Source of the DNA: Acidimicrobiales bacterium
GTDB lineage: Bacteria; Actinomycetota; Acidimicrobiia; Acidimicrobiales; JAUJNH01
Direction of reading: 5' to 3'
NCBI GenBank assembly: GCA_038253125.1
Contig: JBBSHM010000003.1
Span: forward strand, 956-64,955
DNA length: 64,000 nucleotides
In this document: positions 37,508-46,624 of the stretch, piece after piece
How positions within the stretch are numbered: the stretch's first letter is position 1
How the letters are laid out: each line of letters opens with the position of its first letter
Made by a program: the position numbers and the translations under genes
Notes under the pieces: generated by a model
Told to the model about the DNA's origin: nothing
Databases searched by the model: none
The model's input: only the letters and a program-made list of their open reading frames with translations

Positions 37508-38832
37508 GCACGGTGTACAGGCCCCGACGGTCCTCGGGGGCCGGCGCTGGCCCGCTGTGCCTTGTGGTGGCGATCCTGGTGCTCCTGACGGGTGCAGCGG
37601 CCGCCCCGGCGCTCGCAGGACCGTCGTCAACCACCTCCTCGTCCACCTCGACATCGACCACGACCACGGCGCCGACGACCACCACCACGGCGCCGACGCC
37701 TCTCATCCCACCGCCGCCCCCGCCCGGCCCGCTGCCGTCGGCGCCTCCTGCTCCGGCGCCGGTGGACACCAAGACGGTGGACAACAGCGACGAGCCGCCG
37801 CCCCGGATCGCCGTTCCGCCCCGGCTCACCATGCGGGTGGTGACGCCGGTCGACCAGGCCGTGGCCAAGGTGCTCGACGAGCAGCTGAAGGCGGCCCAGC
37901 TGACCGCCAACGACGCCATGGCCGCCTCCCAGGCCTCGGAGCGGGCCCTGGCCGGCCTCGAAGCCGACCAGGCCGCGCTCCAGAGCCGCTACGAGGCGCT
38001 GCACGCCGATGAGTCCGCCGCCGCCCAACGCCTAGTAGAACAGCGCCGGCACATGCGGGCGCGGGCCGTCGCCATCTACGTCTCAGGCCCCGTTGACCCG
38101 GCCGTTCCGGCGGGCGGGGACATCGATGAGTACGGGCGCCGCCGGGTGCTGGTGCAGGCGCTGCACGCCGCCGACCTCCGCTCCCTGGACCGGTACAGCC
38201 AGGCCAAGGCCGCCGCCGGCGGGCACGTCGACGACATCATCGCCCAGCTCGAGGACGTGAACGCCAAGGTGATCGTCGGCCGGGCCGACTCCCAGGCGAA
38301 GTCAGCGGCCGCCCAGTCCGGCCTGATGGCGATCGGCACGGCCCAGGCCGGCAGCCGGCTGACGATCGGCGGCTTCGCCTTCCCGGTGGCCTCGCCCCAC
38401 AACTTCGTCGACACCTACGGAGCCCCCCGCAGCGGAGGCCGCCAGCACCAGGGCAACGACATCTTCGCCACCTACGGCACGCCGCTTTACGCCGCCGAGC
38501 ACGGGGTCGTCAGCCGGATGGGCACGGACACCCTCGGCGGCACCAAGCTGTGGATCAGCGGCGAGAGCGGCACCAGCTACTACTACGCCCACCTGTCGGC
38601 GTTCGCCCTCAACGTGGTGGACGGCACCGTCGTCGAGCCGGGGGACGTGGTCGGCTTCGTCGGCAACACCGGCGACGCCATCACCACCCCGCCGCACCTC
38701 CACTTCGAGATCCACCCGGGCGGCGGACCGGCCGTGGACCCCTACCTGATCCTGAAGGCGGCTGACGACGCCACCAGGCAGCAGCTCGCCCAGCAGGCCG
38801 CTCAGCAGCCGCCGGTTCCAGCCGCCCCCTGA
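37504..38832 (+). CDS. Secreted coiled-coil M23 family metallopeptidase
   Basis: GTG overlaps the upstream stop (GTGA at 37504-37507). TM/signal LCLVVAILVLLTGAAAAPALA and a Ser/Thr/Pro linker are followed by HQGNDIFATYGTPLYAAEHGVV...YYYAHLS...VGNTGDAITTPPHLHFEIH. Confidence 0.8.
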   Translation: MSTVYRPRRSSGAGAGPLCLVVAILVLLTGAAAAPALAGPSSTTSSSTSTSTTTTAPTTTTTAPTPLIPPPPPPGPLPSAPPAPAPVDTKTVDNSDEPPPRIAVPPRLTMRVVTPVDQAVAKVLDEQLKAAQLTANDAMAASQASERALAGLEADQAALQSRYEALHADESAAAQRLVEQRRHMRARAVAIYVSGPVDPAVPAGGDIDEYGRRRVLVQALHAADLRSLDRYSQAKAAAGGHVDDIIAQLEDVNAKVIVGRADSQAKSAAAQSGLMAIGTAQAGSRLTIGGFAFPVASPHNFVDTYGAPRSGGRQHQGNDIFATYGTPLYAAEHGVVSRMGTDTLGGTKLWISGESGTSYYYAHLSAFALNVVDGTVVEPGDVVGFVGNTGDAITTPPHLHFEIHPGGGPAVDPYLILKAADDATRQQLAQQAAQQPPVPAAP

Positions 38833-39524
38833 GGCGCGGCCGAGACGGGCTCCGGCTGCACCTCGGACACGAAGAGGCAGGAGGCCAGAGCCGGGCCCAG
38901 GGCCAGCGGGTGCCCGTCGATGTCCAGGGTCAGCGAGCCGTCGGGCGCCCGTCCCGTGACCGTCGCACCGACACCCGGCATGAAGCGGGCGGCGGCCAGG
39001 TAGGAAAGCGACTCCTGGTCGATCTCGACCTGTTCGATGACCCGGCGCAGGACGATCCTGCCGCCGGCGGCGACCTCGGAGAGGGCGACCGCACCCAGCT
39101 CCTCCACGTTCGCAACGGTGCCGGGGATCGGGTTGCCGTGCGGGCACGTGGTGGGATGCCCGAGCACCTCGACCAGGCGGGCCTCTACCTCATCTGAGAT
39201 CACGTGCTCCCAGCGGCAGGCCTCGACGTGAGCCTTGTCCCAGGCCAGGCCGATGACGTCGGTGAGGAGCCGCTCGGCCAGGCGGTGCTTGCGCACCACC
39301 GATTCCGCCAGGTGCCGGCCCTTGCCGGTCAGCTCCAGCTGGCGGCCGGCCACCTCGACGTAGCCCTCGCTCTTCAGCCGCCGGACCATCTCCGACACCG
39401 ACGGCGCCGAGTGCCCGACCCGCTCGGCCAGGCGGGCCTGGATGACGACCGTGCCCTCCTCCTCCAGCTCGTGGATCGCCTCGAGGTACTCCTCGAGGGG
39501 AGGGTGGTAGCCGAGGGCGGTCAT
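38802..39524 (-). CDS. ideR: DtxR/IdeR family metal-dependent transcriptional regulator
   Basis: LEEYLEAIHELEEEGTVVIQARLAERVGHSAPSVSEMVRRLKSEGYV...VVRKHRLAERLLTDVIGLAWDKAHVEACRWEHVISDEVEARLVEVLGHPTTCPHGNPIPG. ATG at 39522-39524. Confidence 0.85.
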   Translation of the reverse strand: MTALGYHPPLEEYLEAIHELEEEGTVVIQARLAERVGHSAPSVSEMVRRLKSEGYVEVAGRQLELTGKGRHLAESVVRKHRLAERLLTDVIGLAWDKAHVEACRWEHVISDEVEARLVEVLGHPTTCPHGNPIPGTVANVEELGAVALSEVAAGGRIVLRRVIEQVEIDQESLSYLAAARFMPGVGATVTGRAPDGSLTLDIDGHPLALGPALASCLFVSEVQPEPVSAAPQGAAGTGGC

Positions 39525-39549
39525 CACAGCCACGCTACCGGCGGCCTCG

Positions 39550-40056
39550 CTAGTTGGCCGGAACCTCGACCAGATGGCGGGCGGCACGCAGGGCGGCACC
39601 GCGGGAGCGCAAAGCCACGTTCAGGGCGTCCGAGGGGCGGGCGTCGAGCTCGACCAACGTTCGGTCCGCCAGCCTGACCTGCAGGTTGGCCACGTAGACC
39701 CCGCCCGGACGCCGCTCGACCAGGGTGACGCCGGTGACCGCCCCGGACAGGGCCTCGACGGCGGCCAGCAGCAGGTCATGGGTGCGCGGGCGGGGCGGGG
39801 CCGTGCCGGCGATGGCCTCCTGCACGAGCACGGCGTCGGCGCGGGCCATCACGATGTCGAGCTTGCCGCCGCCCTGCAGATCCACGAGCGCCACGGTGCC
39901 GGTGGCCGGCTGCAGCCCCTCGGGCGACAGCTCGACCGAGGCGAGCGCCAGCTCGACCAGCTCGGTCAGCTCGACCTGCTCGGGCGCAGGCGCAGGTTCG
40001 CCCGGCGCCGCCGGGGGCAGGCCGGCGTCCTCGGCATCCACGGGTTCCGAGCTCAT
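39550..40056 (-). CDS. Bifunctional nuclease (BFN/DUF151) family protein
   Basis: RPRTHDLLLAAVEALSGAVTGVTLVERRPGGVYVANLQV...VELDARPSDALNVALR. ATG at 40054-40056. Confidence 0.7.
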   Translation of the reverse strand: MSSEPVDAEDAGLPPAAPGEPAPAPEQVELTELVELALASVELSPEGLQPATGTVALVDLQGGGKLDIVMARADAVLVQEAIAGTAPPRPRTHDLLLAAVEALSGAVTGVTLVERRPGGVYVANLQVRLADRTLVELDARPSDALNVALRSRGAALRAARHLVEVPAN

Positions 40057-40122
40057 CACACGCCAATCTTCACACGACAATCTTCACACGACGACCTTCA
40101 CACGACGAGGTTCGCACGTCCG
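40053..40122. repeat. Five tandem 14-bp units (core TTCACACGAC) in the BFN / msrA divergent region
   Basis: tcatcacacgccaa / tcttcacacgacaa / tcttcacacgacga / ccttcacacgacga / ggttcgcacgtccg. The first unit overlaps the BFN start codon. Confidence 0.85.
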
Positions 40123-40199
40123 GCCTGGCTGATCCTCATCGGGGCCCGACCGGACCGGACCGGGAACGACGGGGCCACCCGGGGGGTTGAACACAGCTG

Positions 40200-40871
40200 A
40201 TGCTGTTCGCCCGCAAGAGCCATGACCTGCCCACCGCTGAGACCGCCCTGGCCGGCCGGTCAACGCCGATCGGCCCGCGGCACCCCCACGCCGTCACCGG
40301 TCGCACCATCGAGCCACCGTTCCCCGACGGCATGCAGACCGTGATCGTCGGGATGGGTTGCTTCTGGGGGGCGGAACGCCTCTTCTGGCAGACCGAGGGG
40401 GTGTGGACCACCGCCGTCGGCTACGCCGGGGGAATCACGCCCAACCCGACCTACGCCGAGACCTGCAGCGGCCGCACCGGTCACACCGAGGCGGTGCTGG
40501 TGGTCTTCGACCCGGCGGTCATCTCCTTCGACGCGCTGGTCAGGGTGTTCTGGGAGGGCCACGACCCGACCCAGGTCATGCGCCAGGGCAACGACGTCGG
40601 CACCCAGTACCGCTCAGCCCTCTACTGGACCACCGACGGGCAGCGCCAGCTGGCGGAGGGGAGCCGAGACGCCTTCGCCCAGGCCCTGACCGATGCCGGG
40701 CACCCCCGGCCGATCGCCACCGAGCTGGCGCCGGCCGGCCCCTTCTACTACGCCGAGGACCACCACCAGCAGTACCTCTACAAGAACCCGGGCGGCTACT
40801 GCGGGCTCGGTGGCACCGGCGTCACCTGCCCGACGGGGCTGGGGGCGCCCGGGCCGGCGCCGACCGCGTGA
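40200..40871 (+). CDS. msrA: Peptide-methionine (S)-S-oxide reductase
   Basis: [58 protein letters not shown]...YHQQYL. Confidence 0.9.
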   Translation: MLFARKSHDLPTAETALAGRSTPIGPRHPHAVTGRTIEPPFPDGMQTVIVGMGCFWGAERLFWQTEGVWTTAVGYAGGITPNPTYAETCSGRTGHTEAVLVVFDPAVISFDALVRVFWEGHDPTQVMRQGNDVGTQYRSALYWTTDGQRQLAEGSRDAFAQALTDAGHPRPIATELAPAGPFYYAEDHHQQYLYKNPGGYCGLGGTGVTCPTGLGAPGPAPTA

Positions 40872-40881
40872 GGGACCGGGC

Positions 40882-42405
40882 TCAGCCGGGGATGCGGGCG
40901 AAGTAGGCGTCCTGGCGGAAGCCGCACCGCCCGCCCACACAGCCCGTCTGGCGCAGATCGGTCCACAAGGCGGCGATGAAGCCGGGGCCGACGGCCACCG
41001 CCGAGTAGTCCCCGATGCTGACCGCCGGGTTGGGGAAGGCCGGGTCGATCGTCCCCCGGGAGGCGGTGTTGTTCCTGGTCGGGTCGGAGAGGGCGGAGGC
41101 GACCTGGGTCGTCGAGAAGGTGAGGCTGCCGGGCTTCACCTCGCTGGCCAGGGCATAGCCGTACCTCTGGTTGGCCGGGTCCGAGGAACGGTCGTAGAAG
41201 CCGACCCGGAGCCGGCCCCGGTGGTCGTAGGCGGCCCAGGGCATGAACTGGTCGTTGGGCTCGTGGATGGCCGATGGGAGGCTCCAGGTGCGCCCGCCGT
41301 CGCGCGTCTCGCTCACGATGATGTCGGCGTCGGTCGTGGCCCGGTACGGGTCAGAGGGGACGGGGCGACTGGCGCTGCGGTCATCGGTCCACACCACGGC
41401 CATGTGGCGACCCCGGGGATCGGTTGGGTCCACGGTCACATTGCCCATCCCGTCGATGCCGAACTGGCTGTCGTGGACGGTCTGGGTGCCCCCGGCACCG
41501 ACCGGGTAGTCGTGCTCGATGATGCCGTCGTAGGCCTGGCCGATCAGGTTGGGGCCGTCCACCGCCACGCCGGTCATGGGATCGACGAGGACGGCCAGGT
41601 ACTGGTTGCGCCCCAGGGCCGCCGATGCGTCGGGAGCTTCCCTGTAGGTCTCCTGGAAGGTGACGACGGCTCCGGCCCGGCCGTAGGCCACAGCGTTGCC
41701 GAACGTCTGGTCACAGGCCGTCCCGCCCGCCCGGCCGGTGCAGAACGGGGCGGAACCGGAGATGTCGTTCGGCGGCGTCCAGCTGACGCCCCGGTCGTGG
41801 CTGGCGCTGTCATAGACCTTGGCGCTCACCAGTTTGCCGTCAGCCCCAAAGAGCTCCCTGATCCAGGTCAACAGGACACGGCCGTTGCCCCAGGCGGTCA
41901 GCTGGGGATGGTCGTTGAAGACTCCGCCCCGGTCGCCGAGGTCTCCCGGGGCGACCGTCGTCGGCTGGGACCAGCTGCGGCCGCCGTCGGTGGAGCTTGA
42001 GACCACGATGACGCCATCGCTCGTGCCCGTGAGGTAGGCGGTGCCGGTGGCGTCAAAGGCCAGCGACGGGTCGACCGTGCCGGGTGCGAAGTCCACGGAG
42101 TAGGTGGCCCAAGTGGCTCCCCCATTAAAGCTGGCCCGGGGCTGGATCACCAGCGTCCGAGGCTGGCCGGCGCCGCCGCCGCCGATCTTGATGACGGCGG
42201 CCACGATGTTGCGGGGACGCTGTGGGTTAACGGCCAGGGTCGTCTCAAAGAAGTTCCCGCCGGTCTGGCAGCCCGTGTTTCGGTCGGCCGTGAGCGAAGG
42301 ACCCGTCACGCAGGCCGGCTGACCGCTCGAGGCCGAGGCCGGCGGGCCGAGCGCGATCGAAGCCAGCAGCCCGGCCGCCAGCACGCACGCAGAAATAGCT
42401 CTCAT
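40882..42405 (-). CDS. Secreted BNR/sialidase-like repeat protein
   Basis: Signal MRAISACVLAAGLLASIALGPPASA; BNR-type motifs SSTDGGRSW, SHDRGVSW, TRDGGRTW. ATG at 42403-42405; the track ORF to 42729 is an over-extension. Confidence 0.7.
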   Translation of the reverse strand: MRAISACVLAAGLLASIALGPPASASSGQPACVTGPSLTADRNTGCQTGGNFFETTLAVNPQRPRNIVAAVIKIGGGGAGQPRTLVIQPRASFNGGATWATYSVDFAPGTVDPSLAFDATGTAYLTGTSDGVIVVSSSTDGGRSWSQPTTVAPGDLGDRGGVFNDHPQLTAWGNGRVLLTWIRELFGADGKLVSAKVYDSASHDRGVSWTPPNDISGSAPFCTGRAGGTACDQTFGNAVAYGRAGAVVTFQETYREAPDASAALGRNQYLAVLVDPMTGVAVDGPNLIGQAYDGIIEHDYPVGAGGTQTVHDSQFGIDGMGNVTVDPTDPRGRHMAVVWTDDRSASRPVPSDPYRATTDADIIVSETRDGGRTWSLPSAIHEPNDQFMPWAAYDHRGRLRVGFYDRSSDPANQRYGYALASEVKPGSLTFSTTQVASALSDPTRNNTASRGTIDPAFPNPAVSIGDYSAVAVGPGFIAALWTDLRQTGCVGGRCGFRQDAYFARIPG

Positions 42406-42538
42406 GGATCCAACCCCCCGGGAAGAGGGCTGCCTCAGCCCTTCCGCCCGGAAGTTACCACCGTCAGGAGCATCTGGTTTCAGGTCGGCCGCGAAGTTCG
42501 GAGGAGCCGGCGCCCAGCGTCGGCGGTGAAGAGGCCGC

Positions 42539-42961
42539 CTAGTAGGCGACGGGAGGTGCCGGCTTGGCCGGGAGCGCCTCAGCCAGGGAGCTGCGGAGGC
42601 GGCGGGTGCGGGCGTGGTGCTGGCGCAGGCGCTCCTCCTCGGCGGCGTCGAGCACGTCGACCACGGCCTCCCAGCCGCTGCAGGTCCAGACCGCCGGCCC
42701 GTGGGTCGGCACCCGCTCGGCCAGGCCATGGTCGGTCAGCGCCTCCATCACCTGGTAGGTGCTGGTGCGGGGCACACCCGACAGCTCGGCCAGCTGCGCG
42801 CTGTTGGCCGAGCCGGCCTGCAGGAGCGCAAGCAGCACCCGCGCCTCATACGGCCGGAGCCCCAGCTCCTGAAGCTCGCGCCGGAGGCTGTCCGACACGG
42901 CGACCTTCGCTGCTGCCACAGAACCCGAACCCTGGCTTCTATCCCGAAGAATGGTGGACAC
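42539..42961 (-). CDS. TrmB-family HTH transcriptional regulator (short)
   Basis: LQELGLRPYEARVLLALLQAGSANSAQLAELSGVPRTSTYQVMEALTDHGLAERV. The start is uncertain (GTG at 42961, 42919 or 42898). Confidence 0.6.
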   Translation of the reverse strand: MSTILRDRSQGSGSVAAAKVAVSDSLRRELQELGLRPYEARVLLALLQAGSANSAQLAELSGVPRTSTYQVMEALTDHGLAERVPTHGPAVWTCSGWEAVVDVLDAAEEERLRQHHARTRRLRSSLAEALPAKPAPPVAY

Positions 42962-43066
42962 CCGACTCCCCTCGCTGGTCGCGCTCAGGGCTGAGCGGAA
43001 CGACCTTCACTCGATGTCGCTAGATGTACCACGCCTATAGCCCGTACGCCAACCACCCCCGGGATT

Positions 43067-43726
43067 CTAGAAGCAGAGTGGACCGACCCTGACGTCGAAG
43101 ACACCGCAGCGGTCGCCGCCGTCGTCGTGGGCGTACAGCAGGTGCAGGGTGGTCACGTCCTGGTCGTCCGGCTTGTCCGGGCCGCCGCTCGGGAACATCA
43201 CCGAGCCCAGCCGGAGGCTGTGGTCGAGTCCCAGGGCGTGGCCGAGCTCGTGGGTGGCGACGACCCGGCGGCGGGGCGGCTCCAGCCCACAGTTGGAGCA
43301 GACAGCGACGCTGACGCCCCCGATGTGGGCCTGCTTTCGGTCGGACCGGAGCCGGAGGTCAGTCAGGCCCTCACGGTCCCGGTGAATGTCGTCGCCCAGG
43401 GTCTGGGAGGGCTCCTGGCACACGTCGATGCGGTTGCCACCGATCGAGCAGGCGCCAGTGCCGATGGTCCACGTGAAGTGCAGGCCCGTGCCCGACGAGG
43501 CGGCGTTCCAGGCGTCGACGGCGTGGCGGGTGGCGTCGTTCCACCGGCGGTCACCTGTCTTGTCCACCACGACCAGCGCCCGGTCCTCGCTGCGCCAGTG
43601 GGCCAGGAGGTCGAAGCGTGACAGCGCCGAGGCCACGCTCTGGTCGAGCATGACCGCCAGCGCCGAGGCGAACAGGACGCTGTTGGCCAGCCGGACGATC
43701 CGGTACATCTGCGACGCGTGGTTCAT
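43067..43726 (-). CDS. Matrixin-like (M10) zinc metalloprotease
   Basis: Zinc motif VATHELGHALGLDHS and an N-terminal hydrophobic signal/anchor. Confidence 0.7.
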   Translation of the reverse strand: MNHASQMYRIVRLANSVLFASALAVMLDQSVASALSRFDLLAHWRSEDRALVVVDKTGDRRWNDATRHAVDAWNAASSGTGLHFTWTIGTGACSIGGNRIDVCQEPSQTLGDDIHRDREGLTDLRLRSDRKQAHIGGVSVAVCSNCGLEPPRRRVVATHELGHALGLDHSLRLGSVMFPSGGPDKPDDQDVTTLHLLYAHDDGGDRCGVFDVRVGPLCF

Positions 43727-43845
43727 CTGCCGAACGTTCCTCCCCTGGTGCGGTGGTCGGTTGAGGCCGCGGCGACGCCACCCACACGAGCTTGCTCCCG
43801 TATGAGAACCGTCCGGGCGCGTCCGGCATTCCTGTGACGCGAGCT

Positions 43846-46584
43846 TCAGCCTGTGTTGCGCAGCCCGGCGGCGATGCCGTTGATGGTGAGGAGCAGGCCC
43901 CGGCGCAGCAGCGGGTCAGGCTCGCCGCCTTGGCGCCAGCGTGACAGGAAGTCGACCTGGAGGTGGCTGATCGGCGCGAGGTAGAGGTCCCGCACCGCCA
44001 GCGTGCGGCGCAGAGCCGGTTGCCGCTCCAGTAGGGCCGTCTCCCCGATCAGGGCCAGCACCTCGGCCACCGTGGTCTCGTACTCGGCCCGGATGACGTC
44101 GAAGAGGTGGTGCAGCGACGGATCGACGAGGCGGTCGACGTAGTGGCGGGCCACCCCCAGGTCCACCTTGGCCAGGACCATCTCGACGTTGGCGACGAAG
44201 GTCCGGAAGAAGTGCCAGCCCTCGTACATCTCGGTGAGGACCGGCCCGTGGCCGGCGGCTCTCGCCGCCGCCAGCCCGGACCCCACGCCGAACCAGCCGG
44301 GCACGATCTGGCGGGACTGCGTCCAGGCGAACACCCACGGGATGGCCCGGAGCGACTCCACGCCCCCCGGGCCGCCGCCCTGGGCCCGACGGGCGGGGCG
44401 CGAGCCGATGTTCAGCCCGCCCAGCTCCTCGACGGGCGTGGAGGCTCGGAAGTACTCGGTCAGCCCGTCGGTGGCCAGCAGCGACCGGTAGGCGGCGGCG
44501 GCGGCGGACGAAACGGCGTCCATGGTCCGGTCCCAGCGGGCCAGCACGTCGTCGTCCAGCCGGGATGTGCGGTGCAGCACGGTGGCCTCGGTGAGCGCCG
44601 CCAGCGCCAGCTCAAGGTTGTGGCGGGCCAGGCTCGGCAGTAGGTACTTGTCGGATATCACCTCGCCCTGCTCGGTGAGCTTCATCGACCCCTGGACGAC
44701 CCCGAATGGCTGCGCCAGCACGGCGTCGTGGGTGGGCCCCCCGCCGCGCCCGACGCTGCCCCCCCGGCCGTGGAACAGCCGCAGGAGGACACCGTGGCGC
44801 AGGGCCACGTCCCGCAGCATCCGCTGCGCCCGGTGGATCTCCCACTGCGAGGTGGTGATGCCCATCTCCTTGCTGGAGTCGGAGTAGCCGAGCATCACCT
44901 CCTGGACCTCGCCCCGAAGCCGGACCACCTCCCGGTAGGCCGGCTGGCACAGCAACCGGTCGAGGATCTCCCCCGCCGAACGCAGCTCCTCGACCGTCTC
45001 GAGCAGCGGTACGAATCCCAGCCTGGCCACCCCGCCGTGGACGTCGACCAGCCCCGCCTCCCGGGCCAGCACCACCGCAGCCAGAACGTCGTCGGCACCC
45101 TTGGTCATGGAGATGACGTAGCTCTCCATGGCATCGGACCCGAACCGGTCGAGGAGCGTGCGCAGGGTGGTGAACAGCGAGAACGTGGCGGCCGCATCGC
45201 CGTCGAGCATGGGGACGGGGCCTAGGAGCGGGCGACGGCTCTGCAGCTCACGTCCGAGCAGGCTCAGCCGTTGGGTGCCATCGAGGGAGGCGTACGGCTG
45301 GTCCAGCTCGCCGAGCCGGTCGTACGCCGCGGCCAGGGCGACGTGGTGGCGTGCGGCGTCCTCGCGGATGTCGAGGGTGGCGAGGTGGAAGCCGAAGCCG
45401 GTCACCGAGCGGATGAACCGGGCCAGCGTGCCCTCGGCGATCAGCTGGCCCCGGTTGGCCAGCAGCGACTCCCGCATGAGCTCGAGGTCGGCCAGGAGCG
45501 CCTCGACGTCCGCGTACTCATCAGGTGCCGGCACCATTCTGGTCGTGGCCAGCCGACGCTGGGTGTTGCGCAGGCGCTCCCGCACGAACGAGGCCTTGAG
45601 CCGGTAGGGCTCCTCGGCGTCCATCCGGCCGTAGCGCTGGACGACCTCGGGCAGCTCCGAGCCGTCCTCAACGATGCTCTGGGCCAGCGGCTCGGAGATG
45701 CCGGTGATCTGGGTCGACGAGCTGAGGTGGCTGACCAGGGCGTCGACCCCGAGGAGGAGCAGCTCAATCCCGAGACCGTGCTGCTGGGTCAGCACCGTCT
45801 CGGTCACCTCGGGGGTGACGAAGGGGTTCCCGTCGCGATCGCCGCCGACCCAGCTGCCGAAGCGCATCGGCGCCACGCCCGGGGGCAGGGCCGCCCCAAC
45901 CCGGCCGAGCTCGCCGATGAAGTCGTCCACCACGCCGGGAACCACGTTGCGGGCCAGGTCGGACAGGTAGAACAGGACAGCCCCGGCCTCGCCCTGCGGC
46001 GTCGGCCGCTCACGGCGCAGCTCGTCGGTCTGCCAGAGCAGGTCGACCACCTCGGCCAGGTTCTGGTCTATCCGGTCATGCTCGCCCGGGGCGGTGCGAG
46101 CCCGCTGCTCCAGCAGTTCGCCTATCCGCCGCAGCTTGGTCAGCACCGACTGGCGGGCGGCCTCGGTCGGATGCGCGGTGAACACCGGCCGCAGCTCGAT
46201 GTCGCCGCCGCAGCCCCTCAGCTCCATCACGGCCTCGGGATCGGCGGCCACCCGGTCGGCCATCCGCCGCAAGGCGCTTCCGTTGGCGGCCCGCCGGCGG
46301 TCCAGGGCCGCCGCCCGGTGCACCTGCTCGGCGGTGTTGGCCAGGTTGAAGTACGACGAGAAGGCCCTGGCCAGCGAGATCGTGGTGGCGAGGTCGGCGC
46401 CGCCCAGCACGTCGGCCATGGCCGCGTCGTTGCCGCTGTTTCCCTGGCGGCTCAGCCCGCGGACCCGCTCCACGAGCTGGAGCAGGTCGTCGCCCACCTG
46501 GCGCACCAGCGTCTCGCCGAGCAGCCTGCCGAGCAGCCGGATGTCGGCCCGCAGGGCGTCGTCCGCAGCGATCTCCCCGTCCAC
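43846..46584 (-). CDS. ppc: Phosphoenolpyruvate carboxylase
   Basis: LRADIRLLGRLLGETL...VFTAHPTE...GYSDSSKEMGI...FHGRGGSVGRGGGP...LLLTINGIAAGLRNTG (canonical C-terminus). GTG at 46582-46584 is chosen because the upstream helicase gene stops at 46625; the track ORF to 47190 is over-extended. Confidence 0.9.
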   Translation of the reverse strand: MDGEIAADDALRADIRLLGRLLGETLVRQVGDDLLQLVERVRGLSRQGNSGNDAAMADVLGGADLATTISLARAFSSYFNLANTAEQVHRAAALDRRRAANGSALRRMADRVAADPEAVMELRGCGGDIELRPVFTAHPTEAARQSVLTKLRRIGELLEQRARTAPGEHDRIDQNLAEVVDLLWQTDELRRERPTPQGEAGAVLFYLSDLARNVVPGVVDDFIGELGRVGAALPPGVAPMRFGSWVGGDRDGNPFVTPEVTETVLTQQHGLGIELLLLGVDALVSHLSSSTQITGISEPLAQSIVEDGSELPEVVQRYGRMDAEEPYRLKASFVRERLRNTQRRLATTRMVPAPDEYADVEALLADLELMRESLLANRGQLIAEGTLARFIRSVTGFGFHLATLDIREDAARHHVALAAAYDRLGELDQPYASLDGTQRLSLLGRELQSRRPLLGPVPMLDGDAAATFSLFTTLRTLLDRFGSDAMESYVISMTKGADDVLAAVVLAREAGLVDVHGGVARLGFVPLLETVEELRSAGEILDRLLCQPAYREVVRLRGEVQEVMLGYSDSSKEMGITTSQWEIHRAQRMLRDVALRHGVLLRLFHGRGGSVGRGGGPTHDAVLAQPFGVVQGSMKLTEQGEVISDKYLLPSLARHNLELALAALTEATVLHRTSRLDDDVLARWDRTMDAVSSAAAAAYRSLLATDGLTEYFRASTPVEELGGLNIGSRPARRAQGGGPGGVESLRAIPWVFAWTQSRQIVPGWFGVGSGLAAARAAGHGPVLTEMYEGWHFFRTFVANVEMVLAKVDLGVARHYVDRLVDPSLHHLFDVIRAEYETTVAEVLALIGETALLERQPALRRTLAVRDLYLAPISHLQVDFLSRWRQGGEPDPLLRRGLLLTINGIAAGLRNTG

Positions 46585-46624
46585 CTCGGTCAGTCTCGCA
46601 GCCGCAGGAGACCGCCCGCCGCCG

